Positions 1-11,329 of a stretch of 64,000 nucleotides of DNA are shown one piece after another. Position 1 is the first letter of the stretch. Each line of letters begins with the position of its first letter. Source of the DNA: Squalus acanthias. Its lineage: Eukaryota. Both the position numbers and the translations under genes were made by a program. The stretch covers positions 157,296,001 through 157,360,000 of the forward strand of contig CM059431.1 in the NCBI GenBank assembly GCA_030390025.1, in the 5' to 3' direction. The notes beneath the pieces are model-generated. The model searched no databases. It was not told the DNA's origin and saw only the letters and a list, made by a program, of their open reading frames with translations.

Positions 1-307
1 TTGTCCTTGCCGGCTGCCGCGAATTGGACACGGGGCAGAGCTTGTAATTGTGACTTTCTAATTGTGAAATCAATTTAAATTTGCTGATTTGATTGGGCAT
101 GTGTTTTTACATCTCTTGCGATTTCGACTTCCATTCGCTTTACTATTTTCGATTCGCTATCGCCCAGTTTACATCATCACACGATGCCAATATTACATCA
201 TCCCTGCGCCAAAAAGGGGAGGCCTGAGACACCCCCAATATTGAGGTTTACAGGATTGAATTTAAATAATTGCGATTATATCAGTTCAAAAGAAAGAGTA
301 AACTCAC

Positions 308-868
308 CGGATGTGTATAATCGTTTGTCAACCATGGTGGCTCCTTTTTCTTGCAGCCGTGAATGTTGATCTTCTTTCAATATGGGTGTGGGGCTCATGT
401 CGTGAGTATTCGTGCTGAGCACAGTTTCCATCGGAGCGGTTTCCTCTTGGTTAGGATGAAATATTTCAGGCTTGATACTGACAGGACTGCTCTTTATTGA
501 TATATTGGTGTGAGACTCGTTTCCAGTGGGAACATTTTCTTCCAATTCTTTGTTGTGACATTTAACCATGTCACCAGCTGTCGCGGTGTTCCTGTCAGTT
601 ACTGCAGGGATATTCTCCGCTTTGCCCTTTTCTTTATGACTCTCATTGTTTGTAGATAAAGTGACTTTATCTTTGAACAATCCTCCGACAATGACATTCG
701 GTTCTGTGTCTGGTCTCTTGTGCCAAAGTTCACTTCCATCATCGGGATTAGTTTTGACAACATGCAGTTCGTCACAATGATGAATGCATTCGAGCGAATC
801 TTTTGTTCCCCGGGAGTTCTCTTTCGGATTCTCAGCCATTATGTCTCCAGACGGAGAATCTTCTCTTT
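308..868 (-). CDS. Candidate coding exon (561 nt, phase 1-1), hydrophilic low-complexity peptide; gene continues beyond position 1
   Basis: ORF 276..839 (MAENPKENSRG...RLYTS). Strong donor CCG|GTGAGT at 308/307 and acceptor tttgatttag|AA at 869/868. An in-frame ATG at 839 begins MAENP, like the MAEGP leader exons elsewhere in the window. Confidence 0.6.
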
Positions 869-2214
869 CTAAATCAAAGACTCAGATATTCAGCAATAAC
901 ATTGGTAGACCTGATCTTATATATCTGTAACTGGACAAGACAGATCTTAAATAATATTTCAAGAAATTCACGCGTTTCATATTTTTACAATACCTGGTAT
1001 GATCCAGTATTGATTGGGCTCCATCACACTAAATTGAGGGCAATAGGAAGAAGGATAAAGCGTAGCATTACCCGTGCCACGTGTAAATGAAGACACACTG
1101 GAGTAATTAGCGGGCCAACGCGTGGTTAGTACTTAAGTGTACGGAATTCGGATATTTCGTTTCTTTATACAATGGGACACCGAAGCGGGGCGGGTGCTGT
1201 ACAGAACTGTTGGTCTGCAACTAAACAGATCATCGTGGCAGGGTAGATATAATGGAGGGGGGAATATTTCAACCAGATGCAGGGGCTGTTGTGGTAAGTG
1301 TCAGAGAAACCCCTTACTGATTATAGCATACCTTCATTTATGCCAGAGCATATATAAATTAACTTTTAATAACTCTAATACCAAAGTTGGGAGAACATGA
1401 ATATAAAATGTTAATAACGTAAATGCGAGACATAACAAAAAACAATAGAGCTTTGCTTGAAATAATGAAAAATGTTTCACAAGTAAGATCTGTGACCTGG
1501 AACTTTATTTTAGGGGATTATAGATTGGAAATGATTATCTTCACGCATACATGTTGGAATGATTCAAATCGCTCGATTAAATATCTGTAACAATAATTGT
1601 TTTGGATGTATTTATCGACAATGGCCTAGAGATTGGTTCTTGCTGGTTGTTGCGAACTGAGCAACGCGAGGAGTGTTTTATTGTGAATTTCTTACAGTGA
1701 GATGAAATTAAAACTTGCTGAAGTGAATGGGCTGCCAGTTTTACAACTCTCACGATTTTGGTTTCCATTGATTACAGTCGCTAGTAGTGTCGATTCACCA
1801 TCACCCATTTTACAACATCACCCAACGTCAAAGTTACCGCCGACACATCCGATATTGGGCCTCGGGCCTCGTTTACAGCAGACTGGGGCGGTGCAGAGAC
1901 CTGCTGAGCTTTAGCAGGAAACTGGCCAATGATCATGATTTTAAGATCGATGGTCTGAAATGGGCAACTGGGACAGTTCAGTGATTTCGCGAAGAAGGGC
2001 GATCAGATGAGAGCGAGAGAGAAGTGGTCGGCTGAGAGAGTGTGGGACTGGTAGAAGAGCGAGGGATGCAAACGTCGAGCGAGTGAGAGTGGCAATCGAG
2101 ATTAGTGACCAAGATCTTTGTGTGAAGCACACTATTGGGCTAACAGCAAACGCCTCTGCTTCTTCGCTGACTGCAAATTCCGGCTCATTCTTTATTTGAT
2201 AGTGGTATCCTGGG

Positions 2215-2965
2215 AACGGTAGCTTAGTGGTAATGTCACTGTGCGAGTTATACAGCAGGTCTGGATCTGTGATGATTCAGAGACGTGAGGTCAAACCCCA
2301 CCACAGCAGCTGCGGAATTTATATTTAGTTAATTAAATGAATCTGGAATAAAAAAGCCATTATCTGCCGTTCTTATCTGCCTATATGTAACTCCAGAACA
2401 ACAGCAATCTAATTGCATCTTAAGTGCTCTCTGAAATGGCATGGCAAGCCACACAATAATAAGAAGGAAACCGGGCAAACCACAGGCATCGAACTCGGCA
2501 CCAGCTACGGACATGGCAACGGCACACCTAGCCCAGTGGAACCTGCAAAGGCATCATCACCAACATTGGGGACTGGTGCAAAAATTGGGGAGATGTCTCA
2601 CAGGCGACTAAAGCAAAAGCTTAATATTGTCATCCTCACAGAATCATACCTTTCAGACAATGTCCCACACTCCTCCATCGCCATCCCTGGGTGGCGGCAC
2701 AGAGGTATAAAATCGGCAAGGAGTGGCCCCTAGCTGTCCTTAACATTGACTCCGGATCCCATGATGCCTTAGGCTTCACGTGAAGCATGGTCAATGAAAC
2801 CTCTTACTACCTAACGCCCTTCCTCAGCTGATGAATCAGTACTCCTCCATACTGAACACAACTTGGAAGAAGCACTGAGAGTAACAAGGGCACAGAATGT
2901 ACTCTGGTTGGGGGTCTTTAATGTCCACCAAGAGTGCCTCGGTGGCACCACTAATGACCGAGCTA
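2215..2965 (+). mobile_element. 5' fragment of a CR1-group LINE with a tRNA/SINE-like head and the start of an APE endonuclease
   Basis: A-box-like ggtagcttagtggt and B-box-like ggtcaaaccc, followed by peptide GEMSHRRLKQKLNIVILTESYLSDNVPHSSIAIPG (ORF 2413..2733), typical of a LINE endonuclease start. Confidence 0.65.
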
Positions 2966-3257
2966 CTCACCCCATTGGAATTTAATTTGTCTCTTTAATT
3001 TTTAGCTTCGCTGGAACAAGGCCTTTATACCAAGGGCCCATATCAGCGCTGTTTCACCATTCTTGAGTTTCCCAGGAGTAATGAATGGTAATATTATTTG
3101 GTCAATGGCTACACTACATATATGATTCTCGTCTACTAAATATCCCTAGATATCAGACTTTCGTACAAAATGCTGCTGCTCTAAAAGTTAGTTCAAATTA
3201 TTAATTGCTTCAAAGCGGACACTGTGATTTAACCTGTGCTCTTTTACACTTTTGCAG

Positions 3258-3427
3258 ATAATTCAGATACTAAAATATTACTAATGTTGGCGAGCTACAC
3301 GGATATCCAGCTGGGAAAAATAATCGGTTTCTACCTTCAGAGACTAGAACAGTAAATTGAAGAATTCGTGGAAGCTGTTAGTCAGTCGCTCTTAGATGCA
3401 AACGTGTTTACTGAAACAATTCATAGG
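3258..3427 (+). pseudogene. Inverted, inactivated copy of CARD/death-fold-like exon A
   Basis: Acceptor ttttgcag|AT, then NSDTKILLMLASYTDIQLGKIIGFYLQRLEQ*IEEFVEAVSQSLLDANVFTETIHR. TAA stands where paralogs have TCA, and the donor is lost. Confidence 0.8.
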
Positions 3428-3870
3428 ATACACTACAAATATGTTGGAATCGTCCAAATGGTCCCCTAAATTAGAGACAGGTTGGTGGTAGATGTTCAAG
3501 TAGGTCTGGAGCGGCATGTCTTTGCGGTGTTGCGGTTGCATTCTCTGGGGAGTGTATTTTCGCGGCTTAGGTGTGGTGGTGCGATGTTTGCAAGCACAGG
3601 CACCCACGGTGCTGCTGTTGATAAAAGTGTACCGATGATAATTATCATAACAGAGTTCAGCTGCACATCAACGGATTTAACATGCGGACTTGATCGCCAT
3701 GGGGTTGATAATAATAGCTTTCTCACGGCCCACCCTTTTATGTGGTCTTAGATTACATCTAATATCGTCTCAAAGGACACATAACTTGTCGTTTTTAATG
3801 CATTACATTATATGTGAAAAGCATCTCATTGTAAAACCATGAGTTCATCGTCGAAGAATCCTCGACACAA

Positions 3871-3911
3871 TCAGCTCGCCAACATTAATAATATTTTAGT
3901 ATCTGAATTTT
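3871..3911 (-). pseudogene. Truncated exon A copy
   Basis: Acceptor ttttacag|AA, peptide NSDTKILLMLAS, then TGA at the end of the inverted-repeat arm. Confidence 0.7.
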
Positions 3912-4208
3912 CTGTAAAAGTGTAAAAGAGAACAGATTAAAATACTGTGCCCGCTTTGAGGCAATGAATAATTTTTAATAACTTTTAGAGCAGCAGCTTT
4001 TTGTACGAAAGGCTGATATTTAGAGATATTTAGTAGACGAGAATCATATGTGTATAACTTCAAGTGTTGCCATTGACAAAATAATAGTACCATTAATTAC
4101 TCCTGGGAAACTCAAGACTAGTGAAATAGCGCTGATATGGGCCATTGGTATAAAGGCCTTGTACCAGGGGAGCTAAAAACGAAAGAGATAAATTAAATTC
4201 CAATGGGG

Positions 4209-6430
4209 TGAAAAACTATGAACAAGATAACACTGAACATGGCAAAGTTGGTGGAAAAATACTGGAAAGGCGGGATGCTAACTTAGTCTCAGTGACAATG
4301 ATATGTTGACCATTAGAACCAATTATAAAAGGTGATTTTGTTAAAGACCATATATGGACAGTGGCCAAACGAACTGTTGATAAGAAAAGGGTTAAAACCG
4401 CGGTACTCAAGAACAACTTTACACAGACATACTGCGAGAACAAAGGAACAGACTTAAGACAAAGTAATCTGTATCCGAGAGGGTCCAGAGACCAAAGACT
4501 GCGAGCTACTAGTTGAACTATCGTCTAATATTAAGTATATTACGCTGGATGCTTAATAAATCTTGATCTACTGCTCAAACATACTGGCTGCTGCCTATTG
4601 GTTTATTGTCCAAGAAATCAGAGATCATTAAGACCTTACAAATTGGCACCCTCCAGATGGGTCAAGACAAAGCGGCTAGTATTGTGTAATACATCGGACC
4701 TCGAAAGTAGCTTCCTGATCAGCTGCTGCTCTTGAGGAGGGATAAACCCAATGGGGAGTGGAGAGTGCCTGTGAATTGCGCGCCAAAAGTAATTGAGGTT
4801 AGAGGTGTGTTCAGAAAATCACCAAATGGCTAGTAAAAGTTGTGTTAATGCACATAAGAGTACGCTAGACAGAGGCCCATAGCGGAGCAAGTGCAGGTAT
4901 TATTGACGGAACGTTTAATCAAAGGAGACGGAGTCCCCTTTGAAAAAGTGATAAACTTTATTCCGGAAATCTGTCTCAGAAAAAACACAACGTGTTACGA
5001 GATAAACATAGCCAGGATGGTTAAGCATAAAGTGCAGGAGAGAGAGGGAGAGATAAAGAAGGAAAAAAATCTAATTTGCAGGCTAACCAATCTGAAAACT
5101 CAGCAAAGGAAGGGAAAAAACAGGGATTTGGAAAGCAAGGAAAAGCTGCTGAGACGCCAATTTAAAAAGAGGAAAAAAAAGAGAAATTTAAAGTTTTCCT
5201 GACATGGAAGTTATTAACATCTGTGCTGAGACAAATAAAACTCAAGATTTGCTGAGTGAAAGGAAGGTTAAAAAAGTGTTGGAATTTCAGTTTGTGTGAA
5301 AGTGCATGTTTTAATGATGAAAGTTTTCCTCATTATGAATGTTTAAGAAGTTACAGCATTTCTTTTGTCTGAAAGTCTGTTTTTAAAAATTGTCTGTTAT
5401 GTGTTTTAGCTCCACCCACTTCTCTCTGCTAAAAGCCTTTAAAACTTCTGTCTTCTCTTGGATTTTGGAAGTTTAAAGAATGTGCGAATAAAATTTTGCC
5501 CCAAGAATTGAAAATAAAACTTTGAACTACAATTTAAGTTAAGCTGGTGTGTAATTCTGAGAAGAACAACTAAAAGTTTGTTCAACAAAAATTAAGTTTC
5601 AGTCTAAGATTTAACCTTGGAATTGCGATTGCTATTGTGAAATCTTCCAAAGCAGTTTCAGTTGATTTGTTTAAATGTGAAAAAATAATTTTTCTCCAGT
5701 TATATTCAATATTTTTTAGAGTTTTTTGCAAAGGCATCTGAAGAAAGGACAATAAGAAATATGACGTTATTTTCAGTTTTCTGCAAGCATGTGTTATTTT
5801 GTTTAGTTTTGTTCTGTTCATGTTTAGTTAAAGTGTGAAAACGAACTGCCTTTTTCGATCGAGAAAGTTTTTTTAAATTTACGTGTAGTGACGCAATTGC
5901 GAGCGCCTGACAATGTTTTGCTCCACCTTCTTAAAAACTTGCAAAGGAGTTAACCCTTTCCACTGACAGCTGTTTAAGTTCACCAAGCAACAACTTTAGT
6001 ATGAAATTTAAAGATATTGGTCCTTATTACATTTAAGTTTCTTAACTTAAATTAATATTTGCCCACAGTGACAGAAGGAAAACTATTAAGCAGAGTCACA
6101 ATGGATTATTTTCTTTCTTTTGTTATATGGAAGTTACCTTATAAACTAATTGCAGCAACTCTGTCTCTAATGTTAAAACACTGTGTAAACCACCTAGCCT
6201 GGGAATCACTCGTTTCTGAAATTGGAAATGGAAGATAAAGTGACAGAAATGAAATTTAACATTGACAAAACCTGTCAGTTCAACAATGCTGCTGTTTGCA
6301 TTTTGGGATAATTTTGTAATAACAAATTGGACTCAGGCACTATATATTGGGTTGCTTTTGGGAAAATAAAAGTTCCTCTAAAATAATGATAATAAAAGTG
6401 TTAAAAAGTTGGACCAAGTTTGAAGGCTTG
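4209..6430 (+). mobile_element. Truncated LTR retroelement/ERV: 5' LTR (~4209-4640), PBS (4644-4663), degenerate internal region
   Basis: TG...CA termini, AATAAA at ~4555, and TGGCACCCtcCAGATGGGTC 3 nt after the CA, resembling the complement of the tRNA-Arg(CCT) 3' end. A Lys/Glu-rich ORF remnant (4891..5202) follows. No 3' LTR seen; right boundary approximate. Confidence 0.6.
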
Positions 6431-7199
6431 ATCTAAGTTTTCAATCGTTTCGAACAAATATTCAATACGTGTAATATTGCCTCTGCCCAATTTTCTTTTA
6501 AAATGCACGGATTCCACCTTAATATAGCTCCCAGGAACATCCTTCTGTTCATAAAAATTCTCTTTCCACCTTTGAGTAGCTCCTAAAACCAACAGCTTTG
6601 AAGAAGCTTTTGTTCACCTTTCCTAATATCTCCTTATGTTGCTCGGTGTCATATTGTGTTTGATAACGCTCCTGTGAAGAGCCTTGGGACGTTTTAACGC
6701 GTTAAAGCTGCTATAGAAATGCAAGAGTTTTTTTCTTCTCCTAGCGCTGTCCTGGAACCCTTTATTAATTCTGGTGTCCACAATTATTTTTCTCTCTCAT
6801 CAAAATGTTATGTCCAGGAACATTTATCTTATTCCAGTGAAATCCCAGGCCCTGTCCTATAGTGAATAAATCGTATCTCTCATGCCTCTGACTTTCCAAT
6901 TGTCTTTGGAATTATTTGTATATTTATAGGCACAACAGTCAATACTAAATCCAATTCTTTGGATTGTTGACCCTTTTTTATTTTCCATTTATTTTTAACA
7001 CCAAGTCACTTCATGTCTCACTACTCGAAAACAACCTTCCTTTTTCCTGCTAATAAATTTTCACTATTTCATAAATACTCTGTTTCCGCTCCGATAATTT
7101 CATTAATTCTGCTCTGTTGTCTCAGCGGATAATTCCCACCCGAAAGTCATATCAGCTGATACCCTTCCCACTGCTCCATTCACTTATTCTTTAAAACCA

Positions 7200-7780
7200 T
7201 TGTTGGTGGGTTCAGATGGCGGCCATCCAATCCCTTCTCCCCGAACTCACTCTAGTGCCCCAACAACGTGAACCCTTCCCTCCTACTCCAGCCAAGCAGC
7301 CACACATTGATCTGCCTCATATTTCCCGCATTAAGCAAAACAATCCAGAGATCTCCACATTGAGGTCTTGTCTTTAGTCTAGTGCCTCATTCACAATATT
7401 CCCTCTATAAACATATTTCCAACCGTGTTACTGATTTCTACCATGGTTAATTTCTGCTCCCTTTTCCTTCCCAGACATGTTACCACCTGTTCCAGGATGT
7501 TCATCCCTCTGGCACCAGGAATGCATCTTACCATTCGGGACCTGCTCAGGGCTGCAGACGAGTCTGTATATTCCTCTGACCAGAGAATCTCCCACCGCTA
7601 ATGAACTCCTTTTCCTGTGCCCCACCTGACTTCTACCCCACTCGGGATGACCTGCTGCTCCCTGGTACTACACTGTTGCTCAGTAAGGCTCTCATCTGTC
7701 TCTATCCACATCATGGTCTCCAATGCCAGGTATCTATTGGACAGTCCCAGTATTAAGAGCTCCTCCATCTGTGACGGCGG
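7200..7780 (-). mobile_element. Old CR1 ORF1 (SGNH esterase-like) remnant; paralogous copies at ~23990-24580 and ~31440-32050
   Basis: LAVGDSLVRGIYRLVCSPEQ (ORF 7428..7625) matches the GDSIVRG motif of CR1 ORF1. Confidence 0.7.
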
Positions 7781-7914
7781 TGCCGCTCTAGAGGGTCACT
7801 TTGTACTCATCCCCTATCCTGTTCCATCTTCCTGTGTGAGCTGCAGGTTGAGGCATGAGATGTGGTCCCTTTGTCGTGACAGAAATTATATTTTCAAGAT
7901 TTTTGGTTACTTAG

Positions 7915-10224
7915 CTATGCCGTTTCTCATTATTCTTGAATTCTTGTTCCAGAACTTAAATAAGGGCAACTTTGAGGGTATGATGCGTGAATTGGCGAGG
8001 TTAGATTGGCAAGCGATATTTAACGGGTTATCAGTGGTAGGGCAATGGCAGACATTTAGAGATCGCATGGATGAACTACAGCAATTGTACATCCCTGTCT
8101 GGCGTAAAAATAAAAAAGGGAAGGTGGCTCAACCATGGCTAACAAGGGAAATCAGGGATATTATTAAAAGCAAGGAAGTGGCATACAAATTGGCCAGAAG
8201 TAGCAGCAAACCCGGGGACTGGGAGAACTTTAAAACTCAGCAGAGGAGGACGAAGGGTTTGATTAAGGCAGGGAAAATAAAATATGAAAGGAACATTAAA
8301 ACGGACTGCAAAAGCTTCTATAAATATGTAAAAAGAAAGAGGTTAGTAAAAACACACGTAGGTCCCCTGCAGTCAGAAACAGTGGAAGTCATAATGGGGA
8401 ACAAAGAAATGGCAGATCAATTGAACAAGTACTTTGGTTCGGTGTTTACTGTGGAGGACACAAACAACCTTCCGGAAATAAAAGAGATCAAAGGATCTGG
8501 TAAGAGGGAGGAGCTGAGGGAAATCCTTATCAGTCTGGAAAAGGTGTTGGGGAAATTGATGGGACTGAAGGCTGATAAATCCCTAGGGCCTGATGGTCTG
8601 CATCCCAGAGTACTTAAAGAGTTGGCCTTGGAAATAGTGGATGCATTGACGATCATTTTCCAACATTCCTTAGACTCTGGATCAGTTCCGAAGGAGTGGA
8701 GGGTGGCTAATGTAACCCCTCTTTTTAAAAAAGGAGGGAGGGAGAAAGCAGGGAATTATAGACTGGTCAGCCTGACATCGGTGGTGGGTAAAATGATGGA
8801 ATCAATCATTAAAGATGTCATAAATCACCATTTGGAAAGTGGCGACATGATAGGTCCAAGTCAGCATGGATTTGTGAAAGGGAAATCATGCTTGACAAAT
8901 CTTCTGGAATTTTTTGAGGATGTTACCAATAGGGTGGACGGGGGGGAACCAGTAGATGTGGTGTATTTGGACTTTCAGAAGGCCTTCGAAAAGGTCCCAC
9001 ACAAGAGATTGGTGTGCAAAGTTAAAGCACATGGGATTGGGGGTAATGTGTTGACGTGGATTGAGAACTGGTTAGCACACAGGAAACAAAGAGTAGGAGT
9101 AAATGGGTACTTTTCAGAATGGCAGGCAGTGACCAACGTGGTACCGCAGGGTTCGGTGCTGGGGCCCCAGCTGTTTACATTATATATTAATTATTTGGAC
9201 GAAGGGATTAATTGTAATATCTCCAAATTTGCGGATGACTCTAAATTGAGAGGCAGTGTGAACAATGAGGAGGATGCTAGGAGGCTACAGATTGTCTTGG
9301 ACAGGTTGGGTGAATGGGCAAATATATGGCAGATGAATTACAATGTGGATAAATGTGAGGTTATCCACTTTGGTGCTAAAAATAGGGAGGCAGACTATTA
9401 CCTGAATGGTGGCAGATTAGGGAAAGGGGTGGTGCAACGAGACCTGGGCGTCATGGTACATCAGTCACTGAAGGTGGGAAGGCAAGTGCAGCAGGCAGTC
9501 AAGAAAGCAAATGGCATGATGGCCTTCATAGCAAGGGGATTTGAGTACAGGAGTAGGGAGGTGATGCTACAGTTGTACAGGGCCTTGGTGAGGCCACACC
9601 TGGAGTATTGTGTGCAGTTTTGGTCTCCTAACTTGAGGAAGGACATTCTTGCTATTGAGGGAGTGCAACGAAGGTTCACTAGATTGATTCCTGGGATGGC
9701 CAGACTGACATATCAAGAAAGACTGGATCAACTGAACTTGTATCCTCTGGAGTTCAGAAGAATGAGGGGGGATCTTATAGAGACGTTTTAAATCCTGACT
9801 GGTTTAGACAAATTAGATGCGGGCAGAATGTTTCCAATGTTAGGGAAAACTAAAACCAGGGGTCACAGTCTAAGGATAAAGGGGAAGCCATTTAAGACTG
9901 AGATGAGGAGGAACTTCTTCACCCAGAGAGTGGTGAATCTGTGGAATTCTCTACCACAGAAGGTTGTTGAGGCCATTCCGCTAAATATATTCAAAAGGGA
10001 GTTAGATATAAGACTCACAACTAGGGGGATCAAGGGGTATGGCGAGAAAGCAGGAATGGCCTACTGAGTAGCATGTTCAGCCATGAACGCATTAAATGGC
10101 GCTGCAGGCTCGAAGGACCGAATGGTCTACTCCTGCACCTATTTTCTATGTTTCTATGTTTCTATGTTGGATCCTTTCCCCTCTTTGCTCCATCGGCCAT
10201 GCCGGTGACAGCAGTTCCCAGGTT
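7915..10224 (-). pseudogene. Leader exon copy 1 (MADGAKRGKDP...SRIMRNGI), split by a CR1 insertion
   Basis: ATG at 10200; exon halves at ~10165-10224 and 7915-7948. The donor reads CTAAGT where paralogs have GTAGG. Confidence 0.7.
7949..10166 (+). mobile_element. 5'-truncated young CR1 LINE with a nearly intact reverse transcriptase region
   Basis: RT motifs [26 protein letters not shown] in ORF 7617..9791; (TTTCTATG)n tail; absent from the paralogous units; possible TGTT target duplication. Confidence 0.97.
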
Positions 10225-10273
10225 CTGATGCTCTTTAACAAATATATCAATAGGAGGGTTAGGCGGATATATT

Positions 10274-11013
10274 GGCCCAGAAATTGATCTCGCTCTGTTA
10301 CCGCGGGGGTAAGGCTTCCCCGCGATCTCTCACTCCGCTTGTGCTTTTTCAGATCCAGCTCGCACGAACTTGATGTTCCAGACATCAGCTGGGCAGTGCT
10401 TGCGTATCCCACCGGCGTAGTGAATTCGTGCGAGCTGTGGGATCACGTGACTCAGTTAGAGCCAATGGCAGCACGCAATCTTCCATTCATAAGTTTCACA
10501 GCACTGCTGTGAAATCTATGAATGTTACACCCCCCCAAAATAACAGCTAAACCTCAATTAAATTAAAAAAAACATCACCTTAATAAAATAAGTATAGTTA
10601 AATAAATTAACCATTTTAAATAAAAAATTAAATTGTTGAAAAAATTTAAAATCTTTTAAAAAGTTATAAAAATAAACTTACCTGTCTTTAAAGTCTCTAA
10701 AAAAGATATACCTGTTAAAAAAAATTCAAAAAAATACTTAATTCACTACTTACCTTGTTAAAAGTGGGTCTTACTCCTCCTTTTTCCATTTCCAAAATCT
10801 TCCGTACTTACCTGCGCGTCCAAAGCATGAAGTGCACAGCGTGCGCGCAGCCTGTAGCGCGCACGCGATGCACCGAGGAACCGCCCCCTTTTCAAAAGAC
10901 CAAGTGCCGGTTTTCAGCGCATGCGCAGGGCATGCAGAAAACCGGCAATTGGAGAGAGATTACGCGAGAGTACGCAGTGCGTACTCTCGCGTCGCGGGAT
11001 GAATTTTTGGCCC
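10274..11013 (+). mobile_element. Non-autonomous DNA transposon (MITE), PIF/Harbinger-like
   Basis: Imperfect TIRs GGCCCAGAAATT / AATTTTTGGCCC, ATT target duplication, empty site in paralog (ggaaatattaagatg ~24848). Confidence 0.85.
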
Positions 11014-11329
11014 ATTAAGATGAGAAACAGAACGTTGCCTTATTAAACATGATAGCAAGTCCCTCCTCCCCCATCAATACAGTGAACTGTTAGTTCTGGG
11101 TACCAGCATTTCCCGAGTGTTACGATCACCACTCCAGATCATGTGCGACACAAGCAGCTACCCAGTGAAATCCAGTGAGTCCCGCTGATCTTGCGTTTGC
11201 ATTTTGTTAGCCGCTCCAGACCCGAGCCGTTTACTTCTATTTCCACTGTTTTCTCCCCTCTTTTCCTTTTCTCTCTAAACCTACCTGATCGCTTTCTCCA
11301 GTCGTCATACCTCCTTTCATCTCTCTTCT

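Larger units (their letters stand above)
2967..4211. repeat. Long inverted repeat, arms ~2967-3296 and ~3873-4211, containing intron plus the start of death-fold exon A
   Basis: tcaccccattggaatttaatt...ctaatgttggcgagct is the diverged reverse complement of agctcgccaacatt...aattaaattccaatggggtga. Confidence 0.9.

Noticed and set aside
1780..2110. CpG-rich promoter (GC box ~1886, CCAAT ~1926) for the 308-868 exon
   Set aside because: Plausible, but the motifs are too short and no first exon could be defined.
4891..5202. Lys-rich host gene
   Set aside because: It lies just downstream of the LTR/PBS in A-rich element sequence and is more likely a retroelement remnant.
7617..7948. N-terminal ~110 aa of the 724-aa ORF as a novel RT fusion protein
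   Set aside because: It is flanking unit sequence (antisense leader exon, intron and old CR1) that happens to be in frame with the inserted CR1; the paralogous units have indels here.
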